Assembly (NCBI GenBank): GCA_029246845.1
Contig: JAQWMJ010000035.1
Location: 1 to 21,161 of the forward strand
Direction: 5' to 3'
DNA: 21,161 bases
Origin: Thermodesulfobacteriota bacterium
GTDB lineage: Bacteria; Desulfobacterota_D; UBA1144
The position numbers were made by a program, and so were the translations under genes. Below are positions 8,922 through 16,263 of the stretch, piece by piece; the stretch's first letter is position 1; each line of letters begins with the position of its first letter. Below the pieces are notes generated by a model. The model did not search any database, was not told the DNA's origin, and saw only the letters and a program-made list of their open reading frames with translations.

Positions 8922-9704
8922 ATGATTTATAAAGAATTTAAAATAATTTTTCTTTCTGATATGCATCTTGTGTATGAGAAAGATTTTTTAGGAATTAATA
9001 CTTTTAATTCTTTTAGTTCAATCGTGGACAATATTGTTGTTAATCATAGTGATGCAGACTATGTAATCTTTGGTGGAGATTTGGTGCAGGATCAAACAAC
9101 TGAATCTTTTAATTTTTTTAAGTCTGAAATAAAAAAAATCAACACCCCCAAGCTCTTCATTAGAGGTAATCATGATATTTCTGATAAATTTTTTATAAAT
9201 CTCCAAAAGGATCAAGTTGTTAGTTCCGCTAACTCTAATTGGGAAATCCTATTTTTAAATACTTATAGTAATGGGAATATATTCGGTGAGGTTATAGAGT
9301 CCGATTTAGACTTATTGTTAAAGAAGTCAGAGTCTTTTAGTGATAAGTATCTTTTTCTTTGTATGCATCACAATTTATTCCTAACTGGTTCTCCATGGCT
9401 AGATATTCATATAACCAGGAATAAAGATACAATACTTGAATTTTTATCTAAAATGAGAAATCTAAAGATTGTCGTAAATGGACACATACATCAGGAGACT
9501 AAGCATCAATATAAAGGTATAAGTTTTGTATCATCACCATCGACCAGTTTCCAGTTCACTTCAAACGAAAAGAAGTTTAGGCTAGATACCAAAAAACCAG
9601 GGTTTCTTGAAATTAATTTGCAAGAAGAAGGTAGATGGGAAGCTTTATGTCACCGAGTTGAGGGCAATTTTGGATCACCAGAAATTAATCCAAAGCCTTA
9701 TTAG
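8922..9704 (+). CDS. cpdA: 3',5'-cyclic AMP phosphodiesterase CpdA/Icc-like metallophosphoesterase
   Basis: Calcineurin-like motifs 'SDMHL', 'GDLVQD', 'GNHD', 'MHH', 'GHIHQ', plus CpdA-type 'LGINT', 'WLD' and 'PSTSFQF...KPGF'; start ATG 8922 (or TTG 8913); TGaTATAAT at 8884-8892. Confidence 0.8.
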   Translation: MIYKEFKIIFLSDMHLVYEKDFLGINTFNSFSSIVDNIVVNHSDADYVIFGGDLVQDQTTESFNFFKSEIKKINTPKLFIRGNHDISDKFFINLQKDQVVSSANSNWEILFLNTYSNGNIFGEVIESDLDLLLKKSESFSDKYLFLCMHHNLFLTGSPWLDIHITRNKDTILEFLSKMRNLKIVVNGHIHQETKHQYKGISFVSSPSTSFQFTSNEKKFRLDTKKPGFLEINLQEEGRWEALCHRVEGNFGSPEINPKPY

Positions 9705-9811
9705 ATTACTTGTATGAAGAACAAGAAATCATTAGAGACATTACTAAAATTAAAAAAGGTAAATAATTCATACATTGATTATATACTTATAGTGTAATAG
9801 AAATCAATTAT

Positions 9812-9820
9812 TGATATAAT
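9812..9820 (+). promoter_or_regulatory. Extended -10 promoter element (TGaTATAAT) upstream of the alpha/beta hydrolase
   Basis: Perfect TGnTATAAT 12 nt before ATG 9833. Confidence 0.5.
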
Positions 9821-9832
9821 CAACATGTCTAT

Positions 9833-10633
9833 ATGAAAATGTATTTAGTCTTAGGAATTCTATCAATTTATTTAATCGTAGTTGTCTTTTTCTACTTATA
9901 TCAAAAAACTTTTCTATACTTTCCTAATGAAGACAACTACTTAACTTCTGAGGTTATTAATATTGATAATAAAATAGTTAAGGTTAAAACTAGTGACAAG
10001 ATAATTTTAGAGTCATATTTATACATAAATAAGAAGAATGCTCAAACTATTTTATTTCTGCATGGAAATGCGGGAACTCTTAAAAGTAGAATCTACAAAC
10101 TTAATAAATTTAAAGACTTGGGTTTAAATTATCTTGCCATAACATGGAGAGGATTTAGCAGAAATAAAGGAGAACCTTCGGAACACGGATTAACTCTAGA
10201 TGGAATTTCTGGACTGAATTATCTTAATAACTTAGGCATAACGGATAAAAATATTATTATTTATGGCGAGTCTCTTGGGACTGGTGTGGCAGTAAATATA
10301 GCACAATTAAGAAAGGTTTCAGCCCTGATATTAGAGTCACCGTATACTTCAATTGCAAATGTTGGGAAAATAAAATTTCCTTTTCTTCCCGTTAATTTTA
10401 TTCTGAAAGACAAATTTAATAGTCTGTCAAAGATTGAAAATATTAAATGTCCTATTTTGGTTATGCATGGATTTAACGATACCATCGTACCTTTTTCTAT
10501 GGGTAAAGAGCTTTTTGAAAAAATTAAATCAGAAAAGTACTCTTTCTTTACATCTGATGATCATATGATGAGATTTAGCCCAGAATTAATTAAATCTATT
10601 AATAATCTCTTAAAACTCTTGAGGCCAGAATAA
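9833..10633 (+). CDS. Membrane-anchored alpha/beta hydrolase (ABHD13/ABHD17/Bem46-like)
   Basis: N-terminal TM, 'FLHGNAG', nucleophile elbow 'YGESLGTG', 'ILESPYTS', 'HGFNDTIVP', C-terminal 'DDHM'. Confidence 0.9.
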   Translation: MKMYLVLGILSIYLIVVVFFYLYQKTFLYFPNEDNYLTSEVINIDNKIVKVKTSDKIILESYLYINKKNAQTILFLHGNAGTLKSRIYKLNKFKDLGLNYLAITWRGFSRNKGEPSEHGLTLDGISGLNYLNNLGITDKNIIIYGESLGTGVAVNIAQLRKVSALILESPYTSIANVGKIKFPFLPVNFILKDKFNSLSKIENIKCPILVMHGFNDTIVPFSMGKELFEKIKSEKYSFFTSDDHMMRFSPELIKSINNLLKLLRPE

Positions 10634-10638
10634 TTTTC

Positions 10639-11193
10639 TTAGACATGTTTTAAGCCTTTTATTAAGTACTTGTATCCGGTGTATACAGTTACAACTGCGC
10701 TTACCCAGAGGGAAGTCAAGCCCAAGTCCTTTCCATAACCATATAGTAATTCATTCCCAGGTTCTCCAGACAAAAGAACAGAAAGTGCAAACATTTGAAT
10801 AGATGTCTTAGCTTTTGAAAGACTTGAAACTGGTAAAGATATTTGTAGCGAGGCGAGGAATTCTCTTAAGCCAGAGACTAGAATTTCTCTACTAATAATT
10901 ATGAGAGCTGCAAATAAAGTTAAATCCTTAATTGTTTCATCGTGTATCAGAAGCATTAAAGCTACTGCAACGATTATTTTGTCAGCTATGGGGTCTAAAA
11001 GAGCACCTAGTTTTGATTCTTGATTTAAAGACCTAGCAAGTTTCCCATCTAGATAATCGGTTAAACAAGCAAAGACAAATATCCCACATGCTGACCATCT
11101 TCCTATCTCACCAGGGATAAAAAAAGCAAAAACAAAAAAAGGGATAATTATTATTCTAAGATAAGTTAATGAAAGTGGAATTTTTGAGACCAT
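10639..11193 (-). CDS. pgsA: CDP-diacylglycerol--glycerol-3-phosphate 3-phosphatidyltransferase
   Basis: CDP-alcohol phosphotransferase motif 'TDYLDGKLARSLNQESKLGALLDPIADK', plus 'REILVSGLREFL' and 'KAKTSIQM'. Confidence 0.95.
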   Translation of the reverse strand: MVSKIPLSLTYLRIIIIPFFVFAFFIPGEIGRWSACGIFVFACLTDYLDGKLARSLNQESKLGALLDPIADKIIVAVALMLLIHDETIKDLTLFAALIIISREILVSGLREFLASLQISLPVSSLSKAKTSIQMFALSVLLSGEPGNELLYGYGKDLGLTSLWVSAVVTVYTGYKYLIKGLKHV

Positions 11194-11195
11194 AT

Positions 11196-11294
11196 CTAAA
11201 TACCAAGAATTATTAAAATAAACCCTAAGATTATAATTAAGCTTGAAATGTACTTTTGACGAACCAAAGCAATCAAATCTTTTAAAAAGTTCAT
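11196..11294 (-). CDS. Putative 32-aa single-pass membrane microprotein (not in ORF track)
   Basis: Hand translation MNFLKDLIALVRQKYISSLIIILGFILIILGI*; stop 2 nt before the pgsA ATG; TGtTATTAT 5 nt upstream of the ATG. Confidence 0.5.
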   Translation of the reverse strand: MNFLKDLIALVRQKYISSLIIILGFILIILGI

Positions 11295-11334
11295 ATTTTA
11301 TAATAACATTTAACTTGAGTTAAAAGGAGTGTAA

Positions 11335-11448
11335 TTATTTATTTATAAAATCTAATATACTTAAAAGAAAACTATAAATTTCCTTATAATAAAGAGAAAC
11401 AGGAATAGTAAAAAAAATAAAGAATAATGTAGTCCATATAGGTCTCAT
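11335..11448 (-). CDS. Putative 37-aa membrane microprotein (not in ORF track)
   Basis: Hand translation MRPIWTTLFFIFFTIPVSLYYKEIYSFLLSILDFINK*; upstream TTGCAA-18bp-TAATAT, 6 nt before the ATG. Confidence 0.45.
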   Translation of the reverse strand: MRPIWTTLFFIFFTIPVSLYYKEIYSFLLSILDFINK

Positions 11449-11513
11449 TTGATAATATTACAGTCAAATAAGATTTTATTGCAACATAATGAAAGATTTC
11501 TTTTATTTCTTAC

Positions 11514-11542
11514 TTGTTAATCTCTATTCTTCTTTATATAAT
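11514..11542 (+). promoter_or_regulatory. Putative sigma70 promoter of the outer-membrane protein gene
   Basis: TTGTTA (11514-11519), 17 bp, TATAAT (11537-11542); SD GGAG just before ATG 11585. Confidence 0.55.
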
Positions 11543-11584
11543 AAGCCCATTACATATAAATTTTAATTTTGTAACGGAGACTCT

Positions 11585-12298
11585 ATGTATAAAAAATTAT
11601 TATTAGTATTTTTCTTTATTTTCCCATTACTTTCATCATATTCTTTTGAAGATAAACCTCTTATATTAGATAAATCATATGTAAAAATTGGATATGGGAT
11701 TGTCCATTTGCCTGATAATAAAAATGTATCTCAAGGATTTGGCCCTGGTGCAATTGATAATGTCTTTCCTAAGGCTAAATATGATTTTAAATATAAGTCT
11801 GGCTCCTCTTTTTCAATAGCTGCAGGAAATAGGTTCCGAAACTTTGCTTTTGAACTAGCTATAGATCAAATTGTCTGTGATATAGACTCAATTACTTCTG
11901 ATACTGCAATTAGAACCACAAGTGGAGATATTAGTCTGAGAACAATTATGATTAATGCTCATTATTATCCCAACTTCTTAAAATTTGGTAAAGCTAACGT
12001 GTATCTTGGTGCAGGTATCGGTATAACTGAGAAGGTTGATTTGGATGAAGCTGGTATAACAGGTAGTAGAGCAGAGGCTAATGAAGGCTTTAAATCTTCT
12101 AGTGATTTATTTAATCCAACTTATCAATATATCTTAGGTGTTGAATATGTTGTGAACGATTATATCTCCATTTATTCCGAAGTTAAAAATACTTTTATTA
12201 AGTCAGTTCATTTGGCGAGGGGTTCGAGTAAAGAAACCTATGGCTCAATGGAAATGAATCCAATGAGCACATTAATAGGTTTAAAATTTAGTTTCTAA
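11585..12298 (+). CDS. Outer-membrane beta-barrel protein (8-stranded OmpA/OmpW/Opacity-like)
   Basis: Signal peptide, amphipathic strands ('IMINAHYY', 'VYLGAGIG', 'YQYILGVEY'), C-terminal BAM signal 'IGLKFSF'. Confidence 0.82.
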   Translation: MYKKLLLVFFFIFPLLSSYSFEDKPLILDKSYVKIGYGIVHLPDNKNVSQGFGPGAIDNVFPKAKYDFKYKSGSSFSIAAGNRFRNFAFELAIDQIVCDIDSITSDTAIRTTSGDISLRTIMINAHYYPNFLKFGKANVYLGAGIGITEKVDLDEAGITGSRAEANEGFKSSSDLFNPTYQYILGVEYVVNDYISIYSEVKNTFIKSVHLARGSSKETYGSMEMNPMSTLIGLKFSF

Positions 12299-12741
12299 TT
12301 TAAAGTTAGAGATCCATTCATAACTCCCCAATGGCCTAAGAAGCTACACCAGAAAATATACTCTTCGCCTTTGGCAAATTTATTAGTGTCTAAAACTAAA
12401 GAGATTGTTTCATTAGGACCTAAGAATTTGGTCTTATATATAACTTTTTTGTCTTCGGGTAAGTACCCATTGTCTAACCCATTTGAAGGATTAACAATAG
12501 AAGTTAGATAGTTAAAATCAGCTTTTTTAGAAATGACAACATTGTGGCCCGCTAGGGTTACATCTAGAGTCCCGGTATTTTTTAAATTAATTGCAAACTT
12601 CTCACAACTTGAGTCTATTGCAATAGCACTAGTACTGTACTGCATCATACCATTAGCTTCCAGGTCAATCGTACAATTGCCTGCAAATGATACATTAGAA
12701 AAAGAAAACAAAAAAAGTAAGGTACAGAGTATTTTCTTCAT
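12295..12741 (-). CDS. azu: Azurin (type-1 blue copper protein)
   Basis: 20-aa signal peptide; the 128-aa mature chain has C3/C26 (disulfide) and G45-H46, C112, H117, M121 at the canonical azurin positions; SD GAGGAG. Confidence 0.93.
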   Translation of the reverse strand: MKKILCTLLFLFSFSNVSFAGNCTIDLEANGMMQYSTSAIAIDSSCEKFAINLKNTGTLDVTLAGHNVVISKKADFNYLTSIVNPSNGLDNGYLPEDKKVIYKTKFLGPNETISLVLDTNKFAKGEEYIFWCSFLGHWGVMNGSLTLN

Positions 12742-12784
12742 AATATTCTCCTCTTTAAGTCAAGATTTATACCCTCATTTTACT

Positions 12785-12871
12785 TGATTAGTTATTTATT
12801 GCTACTATGTCAAGGTTTTGAGATATATTTAGTTAAAAAACCTTGACAAAGTTATCTTTATCTATTAACAT
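12785..12871. promoter_or_regulatory. Back-to-back divergent sigma70 promoters within a perfect 12-bp inverted repeat
   Basis: TGTCAAGGTTTT (12808-12819), 17 nt, AAAACCTTGACA (12837-12848). Plus strand TTGACA-17-TAACAT (12866-12871); minus strand TTGACA-17-TAATCA (12790..12785). Confidence 0.7.
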
Positions 12872-12894
12872 TTACAATAACGGAGGAATATATT

Positions 12895-13041
12895 ATGAAA
12901 AGACAAAAACAAAATTCAAGGGCTGCATATCTTGCAAAATATGATAAATCTATGCAACCATTAGAATCTTTAGGGTTCGGGTTAGCTCCATACACTGTTT
13001 TGGTTCTTTCATTTGTTGCAATATTGATAGTTAATTTGTAA
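12895..13041 (+). CDS. 48-aa tail-anchored membrane microprotein (not in ORF track)
   Basis: Hand translation MKRQKQNSRAAYLAKYDKSMQPLESLGFGLAPYTVLVLSFVAILIVNL*; SD GGAGG at 12882-12886, 8 nt before the ATG; near-consensus promoter directly upstream; basic N-terminus plus one C-terminal TM. Confidence 0.8.
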   Translation: MKRQKQNSRAAYLAKYDKSMQPLESLGFGLAPYTVLVLSFVAILIVNL

Positions 13042-13138
13042 TTAATGAAAGTTTTTTTCGTACTTGTTTTTTATCCTTTTTAGGTATATTTTATATATGG
13101 ACTATTCAGGTCTACGTTATAAAAAACGATGTGTTAAA

Positions 13139-13642
13139 ATGAAGATAGGTCTTTTCTATGGAACTACGAGTGCAGCAACTGAAGAAGTTGCAACCCTTAT
13201 TCAAGAATCCTTGGAGGGTTGTGAAGTCGAACTTTTTGATATTTACAAAGAACCCTTAGAGAAAATTAATGAGTTTGAAAATATTATAATTGGCTGCCCT
13301 ACCTGGGACATCGGTTTGCTTCAAGAAGATTGGAGAACAAAGTTTGATGACCTCGATACCTTAGATTTTTCCAATAAGAAAGTTGCTTATTTTGGATGCG
13401 GTGATCAACATGTTTATTCCGGCACATTTCTTGATGCACTAGGTACTTTAGAGGAAAAAATAACTGCAAAAGGTGCTACTACCATTGGTCAGTGGCCTGT
13501 TGAAGGTTATAGCTTTGATTACTCTAAAGCTCAGAAAGATGATAAGTTCGTGGGTCTTGGGATTGATAATGATAATGAACCAGAGCTTACAGAAGATAGG
13601 GTTTCTGCTTGGTGTAAACAAATCGAATCTGAATTTGCATAA
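13139..13642 (+). CDS. fldA: Long-chain flavodoxin (FldA/IsiB type)
   Basis: 'KIGLFYGTTSAATE', 'IIGCPTWDIGLLQEDW', 'VAYFGCGDQHVYSGTFLDA', long-chain insertion 'WPVEGYSFDYSKA', 'KFVGLGIDNDNEPELTEDRVSAW'; probable start ATG 13139 (alternative in-frame ATG at 13097). Confidence 0.93.
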   Translation: MKIGLFYGTTSAATEEVATLIQESLEGCEVELFDIYKEPLEKINEFENIIIGCPTWDIGLLQEDWRTKFDDLDTLDFSNKKVAYFGCGDQHVYSGTFLDALGTLEEKITAKGATTIGQWPVEGYSFDYSKAQKDDKFVGLGIDNDNEPELTEDRVSAWCKQIESEFA

Positions 13643-13650
13643 TACTATTA

Positions 13651-13669
13651 GTTTTTAAGATTTAAAAAC
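13651..13669. terminator. Weak AT-rich hairpin downstream of flavodoxin
   Basis: GTTTTTAA-gat-TTAAAAAC, 8 nt after the stop, in a convergent intergenic region; low stability. Confidence 0.25.
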
Positions 13670-13798
13670 ACAATTGAGTCAAAAAGTATAATCCTTAGTG
13701 CAACAAATCTTACAATAATTGCTTTTATGACTTATTGTACCTTCCTTTTATTTCTTAATATAGTAGCTAAGTTTTTATTTCCACTTTAAGAAATTAGA

Positions 13799-14653
13799 CT
13801 ATGTATCTAGAATTTTTTTAATTAAATCTATTTCCAATAAGGTCTCCTTCCATCCTTCAGGTGCAACTTTTATTGAATTGAAAGAATTAGATTTTCTTTT
13901 AAGTTTTAATGGATTCTTTCCTGGAAGCCTTAAAACAACTGCATAATCTGCAATTTCAAGCATTGAAAGGTCATTCTCGCTATCACCACATGCAATTGTA
14001 GTTATATCTTCTAAACCATCTATATTCATAATATCTTGAAACCCAGGATTATTTAATAATTCTCTCATAGCATCACCCTTTGAGTTTAATCCTGTGAGAT
14101 GCAAAAGGCGTGCTCCAGAAAATATACTCAGACCTTCCTCGTTTAAACTCTTCTTAAATTCATCTAAATAATCTTTGCTCCCCATCCAAATAAAAGGTTC
14201 CCCATATTTCCTATCAAGTGACCTATCTAATGAGTCAGATTTTAGACCTGTATAGTATGATTGTTGAAGCTTAGTCATATTCTTAAGAAAAAGAGTAAAT
14301 CTCATATAGTCTTTAAAATCTTTCTGTCTAATTTTTTTATTTATTATTTCTCTCTCTGTCCCTAACTTAAGTACCCAATATTTACCTTCTTCTATTGCGT
14401 TTATCGGTATTTGTTTGATTGCATTTTTGGGAATGTATATAACAGAGCCATTTTCAACTATAAATGGTGCATTTAGACCAATATCTTTAACTATATGTTC
14501 TATTTCAAAGAAGCATTTACTTGAACTTGGTATAATTTTAATACCTTTATTTTTCAAGCGTTCTATAAAAGGTAGAATAGATCTAAATTCAAAAGTCTTA
14601 AAATTCAAAAGAGTCCCATCTAAATCAGTAAATATTATTACATTTTTAACCAT
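13799..14653 (-). CDS. HAD-IIB phosphatase, mannosyl/glucosyl-3-phosphoglycerate phosphatase (YedP/MpgP/GpgP-like)
   Basis: 'IFTDLDGTLL', 'PSSSK', 'PFIVENGS', 'RKYGEPF', 'GARLLHL', 'SKGDA', 'GDSENDLSML'. Confidence 0.85.
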   Translation of the reverse strand: MVKNVIIFTDLDGTLLNFKTFEFRSILPFIERLKNKGIKIIPSSSKCFFEIEHIVKDIGLNAPFIVENGSVIYIPKNAIKQIPINAIEEGKYWVLKLGTEREIINKKIRQKDFKDYMRFTLFLKNMTKLQQSYYTGLKSDSLDRSLDRKYGEPFIWMGSKDYLDEFKKSLNEEGLSIFSGARLLHLTGLNSKGDAMRELLNNPGFQDIMNIDGLEDITTIACGDSENDLSMLEIADYAVVLRLPGKNPLKLKRKSNSFNSIKVAPEGWKETLLEIDLIKKILDT

Positions 14654-14735
14654 AATTTTTTGACTATTGATAATATGATATACGATATTAAAGATATATA
14701 ATATATTTTAGGCCTTTAATGCTTAGTGTTTTGAT

Positions 14736-14819
14736 ATGAGATATATATATATTATTTTCTTTCTAATTTTGTACCTTGTTGTCTTCTACGGTGAAGAGTG
14801 GGTTGAGAGTATTAAATGA
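14736..14819 (+). CDS. Putative 27-aa membrane microprotein (not in ORF track)
   Basis: Hand translation MRYIYIIFFLILYLVVFYGEEWVESIK*; its TGA overlaps the next ATG (ATGA, 14816-14819). Confidence 0.4.
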   Translation: MRYIYIIFFLILYLVVFYGEEWVESIK

Positions 14820-15241
14820 TGAAGAGCTTCATAACCTATTTTTTTCTTTTAGTTCCTATGGTTTCAATACCTATTACTTCTGCTCTATCTCATGCTAACC
14901 ATGGAAAGATGGTTGAAGCAGCAAGTCCTTATCCAACCATAGGTGTTGAATTAAAAAATCACAACCCCTCAAGTTATATTCTTAAGTTTAAACTCACTAA
15001 TTTTGAATTGATTCCATTGAATGACTTTTCTGTGATTAATAAGAATGAAGGACATATCCTGTTGCTGATTAACAATAAGAAAAAGATTATGATTACAGAA
15101 AAAAATTATACTCTTTCATCAGACTTGTTGAAGATTGGAAAGAATGAATTATTCGTTATGTTAATGGATTCTAACCATTTTATATTTACTAAAGATAAAA
15201 ACATAATTTATGTACCCAAATTAATTTATAAGGATAAGTAG
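14816..15241 (+). CDS. Secreted hypothetical protein, possible Ig-like His-containing metal-binding fold
   Basis: Signal peptide ending near 'ALS|HANHG'; beta-rich body with 'NEGHILLLIN' and 'GKNELFVMLMDSNH'. Confidence 0.6.
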   Translation: MMKSFITYFFLLVPMVSIPITSALSHANHGKMVEAASPYPTIGVELKNHNPSSYILKFKLTNFELIPLNDFSVINKNEGHILLLINNKKKIMITEKNYTLSSDLLKIGKNELFVMLMDSNHFIFTKDKNIIYVPKLIYKDK

Positions 15242-15242
15242 T

Positions 15243-16211
15243 CTATAAATATAAAACTAAGACTAATAAGGATATTGATATAATCCAGAAAAGTATAAAA
15301 TATTTAAGCCCACCTTTGGCATCATCTCTCTCTTTTAACGTCCTAGCTTTTATTCCTTGTGAAATGAATACAATGTTTCCTGCAAGCTGAACGCAAACAG
15401 TATTGATTATAAGTAGCATTAATGACCCAAATGCCAGGTTATATTCGCCATTTGCAATGAGAATAGCGAATGAAGCTGCGGGAGGAAGAAGCGCAACTGA
15501 TACCATGACTCCTACTAATGCCGCAGAAATACCCGTAGTCATTGATAGTGCAGCTGCAGCTCCAGATGCCAAGGCTAGAACAATATCACCAATACCTATA
15601 TTTGTCCTCGATAGAATTTCCTTGCTTTGATAGTTAAGGTCTGAAATAGATGATATTAAGTAACCAAATGAGATAGATATCAATATTCCAATAACTATAG
15701 AATTTAAAGATTTAAAGATAAGATTCCTATTACCTATAGATGCAGCGAATGATAGAGCTATGTTAGGACCTAGTAATGGTGCTATCACCATAGCTCCAAC
15801 TACAACAGCTATGTTATCTTCTGAGAGACCTATAGTGACAACTATAGTTGAAAGTATTACCATAAGTATAAAATTTAGATTCAGATCTACTCCTTTTGTA
15901 ACATTTTCATAAAGCTCCTCTCTTGTTGTCTTTTGATCTATTTTTTTCTGTTCGTTATTATTTTCTTGTAATCTAGGAATTGAAGCATCAACAGGAAGTA
16001 CTAGAATTTTGGCATTTTTATCAGATTCAAATAATATCTGCAAGCTATCTAAAACAGATTGTCTTGAATCGTTAGTGACAACCATAGTGAAGACCTGACG
16101 CCCATCTTCTAGTTCCGATGACCACCAATAATCTACGACACCTTGTTTTTCTGCTATTGTAATAAGTGTTCTCTTGTATTTTGACTCAGAAATAATTTCA
16201 CAAATTCTCAT
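15243..16211 (-). CDS. TIGR00341 / DUF389 family membrane protein
   Basis: N-terminal soluble domain, then 'TTREELY', 'AVVVGAMVIAPLLGP', 'EILSRT', 'LALASGAAAALS', 'LVGVMVSVALLPPA'. Confidence 0.9.
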   Translation of the reverse strand: MRICEIISESKYKRTLITIAEKQGVVDYWWSSELEDGRQVFTMVVTNDSRQSVLDSLQILFESDKNAKILVLPVDASIPRLQENNNEQKKIDQKTTREELYENVTKGVDLNLNFILMVILSTIVVTIGLSEDNIAVVVGAMVIAPLLGPNIALSFAASIGNRNLIFKSLNSIVIGILISISFGYLISSISDLNYQSKEILSRTNIGIGDIVLALASGAAAALSMTTGISAALVGVMVSVALLPPAASFAILIANGEYNLAFGSLMLLIINTVCVQLAGNIVFISQGIKARTLKERDDAKGGLKYFILFWIISISLLVLVLYL

Positions 16212-16263
16212 TTTCTAACTCTATCATGAAACACGTAGTTTTTAATTAAAACTAGTAACTTTT

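Noticed and set aside
9714..9797. 27-codon ORF MKNKKSLETLLKLKKVNNSYIDYILIV after cpdA
   Set aside because: No SD or promoter signal; composition typical of random AT-rich DNA.
9811..9823. TTGAT-ata-ATCAA, FNR-like palindrome upstream of the alpha/beta hydrolase
   Set aside because: The spacer is 3 nt, not the 4 nt required for FNR/FixK boxes; better explained as part of the extended -10 element.
11479..11506. TTGCAACATAA resembling a XerD arm of a dif site
   Set aside because: Three mismatches and no XerC arm at the 6-bp spacing.
13064..13138. 25-aa N-terminal extension of flavodoxin in the ORF track (similar extensions on the MIP and exonuclease genes)
   Set aside because: These come from upstream TTG codons; family homology begins at the downstream ATG.
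13652..13789. Open hydrophobic frame between fld and the HAD phosphatase (…MTYCTFLLFLNIVAKFLFPL*)
   Set aside because: Only 20 codons from the first ATG and no initiation signal; cannot be told apart from chance.
14665..14710. GATAAT/GATAT repeats as a possible Fur box
   Set aside because: Irregular spacing (7-9 nt) that does not fit the 19-bp GATAATGATAATCATTATC consensus; low-complexity AT DNA.
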